The notes under the pieces are model-generated. The model was not told where the DNA came from. It made no database searches and saw only the letters and a program-made list of their open reading frames with translations. Made by a program: the position numbers and the translations under genes. A DNA stretch of 27,029 nt. Source: a virus (lineage: Duplodnaviria; Caudoviricetes). How positions within the stretch are numbered: position 1 is the first letter of the stretch; each line of letters opens with the position of its first letter. The stretch covers positions 1-27,029 of the IMG/VR virus record IMGVR_UViG_3300030330_000237; one strand, 5' to 3'. Of this stretch, positions 23,571 through 27,029 are shown one piece after another.

Positions 23571-23860
23571 TCTCTCCTAGCATCTATTTTGCCGTCTTCT
23601 ACAAAGTTTTCGGCTCTTGCTATGCGGTTGAGATCCGGAGATAAATCTAGTGCTGACGATACGCTGGTATCTATGCGTATCATATCGTTATTCATAATGG
23701 ACGCTCTGGTAATCAACATTTTAGTTATGCCTTGCACGGTTTCTATTTCAGCTACTAATCCGTCCATAAGCTGTTTCATAACTAAAAAAATAAAATAAGC
23801 CATGACTAAGGCTCCTGCTATGGGTACACCTAACTCTGCAATTAGGTTGAACCACTCCAC
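23567..23860 (-). CDS. Single-TM membrane protein with coiled coil (holin/YvrJ-like)
   Basis: LIAELGVPIAGALVMAYFIFLV...NNDMIRI; GTG start with GAGGA RBS. Confidence 0.7.
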   Translation of the reverse strand: MEWFNLIAELGVPIAGALVMAYFIFLVMKQLMDGLVAEIETVQGITKMLITRASIMNNDMIRIDTSVSSALDLSPDLNRIARAENFVEDGKIDARRD

Positions 23861-24172
23861 CTAATCCTCGCCTTTGAAGTTTTTACTAGAGTTTGATGTG
23901 CCTGCGTAGAGACCAAACCAAGCGGCGCCTGCACCGACAATGATTGATATAAGGCCGCTTTGTTCAAGCGACGGATCTTCTAAACCCATGAACCACATTG
24001 TTGAATAATATAGGAGAAAAATGTAGACACTTAGAAAGAGTCTAGGAAAGATCCGCCAAGAATCTATTGCTCGCGCAAGATGAATCCACTTTTGGTAAGG
24101 GTTTGTGCCTTGATTGTGTGGCGTTACATCAATATCTATTTCTAACTTTTTTTTGATTGGTTCTTTGTCCAT
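23861..24172 (-). CDS. Two-TM holin-like protein
   Basis: WRIFPR, then two hydrophobic helices and a charged C-terminus. Confidence 0.6.
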   Translation of the reverse strand: MDKEPIKKKLEIDIDVTPHNQGTNPYQKWIHLARAIDSWRIFPRLFLSVYIFLLYYSTMWFMGLEDPSLEQSGLISIIVGAGAAWFGLYAGTSNSSKNFKGED

Positions 24173-24173
24173 G

Positions 24174-24599
24174 TTAAATTTCGTCTGGGTTGAAAATCCC
24201 TTGGTCTATTAATTTTTGTCTGTTTTTCATGTGTTCTTCTTCTACGGCTGCTTTGCTCTGACCAAAGTATTTTACTGCAAAGCCACCGTCTACCATGCCT
24301 TGATTTACGTCTTCGCCATCACAAACAACCGTGCCTAAAACTCTACCAAACTTACCTCTGGAATCTTTTAGCTCTGTTCTGATGACGACTTGATCTGCCA
24401 TTTCAATAGCTTTCGATAAAAAAGCAGACGCAAGTTTACCTCTGGCTTTTTCATCTTTGTTTCTGGTCCGGCTTTCCGGAGTGTCGATTCCGTATAAACG
24501 TACTCTGGAGCTGTAAGAAACTGAAAACCCTAAATCAAGGGTTACGTCTATCGTATCTCCGTCGACTACCCTTTCTACTGTGCAGCCGTATTCGTACAT
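24174..24599 (-). CDS. Thermonuclease (SNase-like)
   Basis: VVDGDTI, RVRLYGIDTPE, GKFGRVLG, N..MV..GFA. Confidence 0.9.
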   Translation of the reverse strand: MYEYGCTVERVVDGDTIDVTLDLGFSVSYSSRVRLYGIDTPESRTRNKDEKARGKLASAFLSKAIEMADQVVIRTELKDSRGKFGRVLGTVVCDGEDVNQGMVDGGFAVKYFGQSKAAVEEEHMKNRQKLIDQGIFNPDEI

Positions 24600-24784
24600 T
24601 AGACGACCCTAGATGTGATCTCTATAGCGGCCATACCTGCGTACAGACCCCAAATCATTAGCTCTAATCTATTGAATCTTTTGGACCCTTCTTCTAAACG
24701 CCTTTCTATGTTCTCATAACGAATGGTGCACTCCCTTTCGTGTGCCTCTATTTTCGCTAAGTTTACGTCCATTTGTGCTTTCAT
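24599..24784 (-). CDS. Small coiled-coil plus TM protein (XhlA-like)
   Basis: HERECTIRY...KRFNRLE, then a C-terminal hydrophobic helix. Confidence 0.6.
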   Translation of the reverse strand: MKAQMDVNLAKIEAHERECTIRYENIERRLEEGSKRFNRLELMIWGLYAGMAAIEITSRVV

Positions 24785-24939
24785 TTTTTTTCTTTTTTAA
24801 CTCTAACCTCTGCGTATGCCTCGTCAACGTCCGGAGTGGATTCATCGTCTCCGACAAATTTTCCGTCTTTGTCTCTGGCCCTAACTTTTTTTCTTTCGGT
24901 ACCTGTTAAAAAGTCGATTGTTTTTTTAAACCACTCCAT
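24781..24939 (-). CDS. Small hypothetical protein (52 aa)
   Basis: MEWFKKTIDFLTGTERKKVRARDKDGKFVGDDESTPDVDEAYAEVRVKKEKK; ATGA overlap with the next gene. Not in the ORF track. Confidence 0.75.
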   Translation of the reverse strand: MEWFKKTIDFLTGTERKKVRARDKDGKFVGDDESTPDVDEAYAEVRVKKEKK

Positions 24940-24941
24940 GA

Positions 24942-25286
24942 TTATCCTATTGCTTTTTTGACAGATGTAGGTGTAACTTTCTCAGCTATCTGAGCTTTTA
25001 GTTTTGTTTTTATTTCAGTAACTTTATCAGCACCTAAAGCACTTTCCACCCAACCTTGCACATCGCTTGTTGTTAAGTCGTCGAACGCTTTAAAACTAGA
25101 TAGGTTGGAAGTGTCCACTGCTTGACTACCAAAAAATTCAGCAGTCCAATTATTGCCCTCTGAGTCTTTGTTAGTATTATCTGTGGCTATCAATCGCCAA
25201 TGTACGTTGTGTACTACATCCGACTTGGAATCTTTCGTAGGGTAAGTATCGACCTCAGAAACCTGCCATGTGTATATTATTGCCAT
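24942..25286 (-). CDS. Tail-fibre-associated protein
   Basis: 114 aa directly after the fibre gene, GGAGGA RBS; VVHNVHW...DLTTSDVQGWV. Confidence 0.65.
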   Translation of the reverse strand: MAIIYTWQVSEVDTYPTKDSKSDVVHNVHWRLIATDNTNKDSEGNNWTAEFFGSQAVDTSNLSSFKAFDDLTTSDVQGWVESALGADKVTEIKTKLKAQIAEKVTPTSVKKAIG

Positions 25287-25287
25287 C

Positions 25288-27027
25288 TTATCCTCCTTCT
25301 AAGGTTGAGATTCGAGCAGTAAGATCTTCTATTTTGTCATCTGCCTCTTGTAATGCTTTGATTAACATAGGAACAAACACACTATATTTAACTGATTTAG
25401 TAACTGTGCCTAAATCCTCACCTTCCTCATTATAATCTTTGTGTTCTTCTATCATACTAGGAAATATAGATTCTAGTTCTTGTGCAATTACTCCTATTTG
25501 TTTTTGTTCCTCTCCCTTTATATTAAAGTTTCTAACTTTTACTTTATTTAAATCTTCTAATTTGTTAGTAGCGTCAACTATGTTTTCTTTTATTTTAGAA
25601 TCTGAAACTGCCCCATAACTATTATTACTATTTACCACATCTCCATTACTAGCAGCTACGGCAAATCTTCTGCTTCCACCGTCATCTATAAAATCTATAG
25701 AAAAAGTACCTGTAGCTGCATTAAGATCTACAACACCATTACCTGCTAAAACTGTTCCAACTCTAACATTACCGAAAGGCTGAATAGTACCGCCAGAATA
25801 AATACGCATTCTTTCAGTACCATTAGTCTGAAAAATCATATCGTCACCTGTAGCACCTATTCTTATATCTTGTGAAGTTCCTGATGCTTTAAAAGTCATC
25901 AAAGTAAAAGCATTACTAGATTTGTGCATTAAACCTAACGAAGTTCCAGAGCCACTATCAATAGCCATTTTATGTGAGTCACTTGAACTAGTTCCAACTC
26001 CAAATGTATTACCAGCAATTATGCGAAAACACTCTGCATTATTCACACCAAACAAAGCTGGTACATTTGGCTGGTGTAGTAATTGAAATGAACCTGCATC
26101 TGATAAAAGAATTGTTTGCAAGACACCATCATTTGTAAAGTCAATGACTCCACCGCTAGAACCATTAATTGCAAGCTGACCATAATTTGTACCAGCACTA
26201 GAAGCATTAAATGTACCACCATTTATACAAACTTGTTGATTTTCATTTACAGCTATAGCTGGTGTAGTACCTACAGCACTACCTTTACCAATAATTAAAT
26301 CATCAGCAGAATCATCAAGACCTATGTAGTAGTCTTGTGCGTTGCCATCAAAAACTAAAGCTGTGTCTGCGGCAGCGCCATCGCCTAACGTAACCGTATC
26401 GTCGGTGATTGTAAGTATGTTATTTGTTCCAACTGTTGAGCCTTCCCCGATAACTAATTTGTCTGCTGAATCGTCGTTAGCGATGTAAAAGTCTTTGACA
26501 CCGTTGAATTTAATAGCTACATCCTCTTCGCCACCATCACCTAAAGTTAGTGTGGGTGTAGTCCCTAACAGAGACATGGTTTGCGCTACGATATCGCCTG
26601 TGGTTGAAGACGCTGCTTGACCGACACCGATAGACTCTGCAAATTTGATGTCTAAGTTTTCGTCTATTTCAATCGCAGGTGTCGTGCCCACGGCCGACCC
26701 TTTTCCTATAACTAGATCATCAGCTGAGTCGTCTAAACCAATATAAAAATCTTGGGCGTTACCGTCAAAAACTATTTTTGTGTCTTCTGCTCCTGCATCA
26801 CCTATGGTTAGCGTTGGCGTTGTTCCGGATATGGTAACGGTGTCGGCTAAGTTTAGATCGGTAAATGCGTCAACCATAGCTCCGCCTGAGCCTGCTCCGT
26901 CTGAGTAAATAGCTTTGGTGTGACTATTGGGTATGGTAACGGTTGCACCGGTGCCTTGTTTAATAATTATGTTGTAAGGTCCAGAAGATCCGCTATCGGT
27001 CGTTGCGTTTTCTATTAACCAAAGTTT
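25288..27027 (-). CDS. Tail fibre with C-terminal peptidase S74 intramolecular chaperone (5' truncated)
   Basis: Frame stays open from the 26877 Met to the window edge (KLWLIENATTD...GGAM). TNGTERMRI fibre motif; SDSKIKENI...IGVIAQE...VKYSVFVPMLIKALQE chaperone domain. Confidence 0.9.
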   Translation of the reverse strand, partial: KLWLIENATTDSGSSGPYNIIIKQGTGATVTIPNSHTKAIYSDGAGSGGAMVDAFTDLNLADTVTISGTTPTLTIGDAGAEDTKIVFDGNAQDFYIGLDDSADDLVIGKGSAVGTTPAIEIDENLDIKFAESIGVGQAASSTTGDIVAQTMSLLGTTPTLTLGDGGEEDVAIKFNGVKDFYIANDDSADKLVIGEGSTVGTNNILTITDDTVTLGDGAAADTALVFDGNAQDYYIGLDDSADDLIIGKGSAVGTTPAIAVNENQQVCINGGTFNASSAGTNYGQLAINGSSGGVIDFTNDGVLQTILLSDAGSFQLLHQPNVPALFGVNNAECFRIIAGNTFGVGTSSSDSHKMAIDSGSGTSLGLMHKSSNAFTLMTFKASGTSQDIRIGATGDDMIFQTNGTERMRIYSGGTIQPFGNVRVGTVLAGNGVVDLNAATGTFSIDFIDDGGSRRFAVAASNGDVVNSNNSYGAVSDSKIKENIVDATNKLEDLNKVKVRNFNIKGEEQKQIGVIAQELESIFPSMIEEHKDYNEEGEDLGTVTKSVKYSVFVPMLIKALQEADDKIEDLTARISTLEGG

Positions 27028-27029
27028 CG

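Noticed and set aside
23365-23583. Alternative minus-strand 72-aa ORF
   Set aside because: Almost entirely inside 23283..23570, which has ATGA coupling, a TM helix and a paralogue.
320-26298. All plus-strand ORFs in the track (e.g. 320..631, 6121..6447, 14989..15414, 24773..24961)
   Set aside because: They are antisense shadows of well-supported minus-strand genes and have no recognisable motifs.
26239-26826. Fibre repeats as a DGR template/variable pair
   Set aside because: Differences are mostly synonymous rather than adenine-specific, both copies are coding, and there is no reverse transcriptase in the window.
26875-26877. Met at 26877 as the tail fibre start
   Set aside because: The frame is open upstream to the window edge with fibre-like sequence; the true start lies outside the window.

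Overview
The window is a 27-kb piece of a tailed dsDNA phage, probably a marine podovirus-like phage of a Gram-negative host (inferred). All credible genes lie on the minus strand, mostly with overlapping stop/start codons. Reading right to left: a truncated tail fibre with an S74 chaperone domain, small genes and an SNase-like nuclease, holin-like membrane proteins, a curli/type VIII secretion-like module (CsgF, CsgG, curlin-like protein, FecR-domain protein), two spanins, endolysin, terminase large subunit, portal, GroES, scaffold, decoration protein, major capsid protein and a terminator. Next comes an AT-rich accessory cassette with its own promoter and repeated RBS units, ending in a 5'-nucleotidase. 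It is followed by structural genes, a cluster of small very basic proteins (one made of MKGTKxRAGGGG repeats), head-tail adaptors, a glycosyltransferase-like gene and a tail hub/nozzle-like gene. The standout system is the curli secretion module nested inside the lysis cassette. Family assignments come from motif recognition by eye, not database searches.
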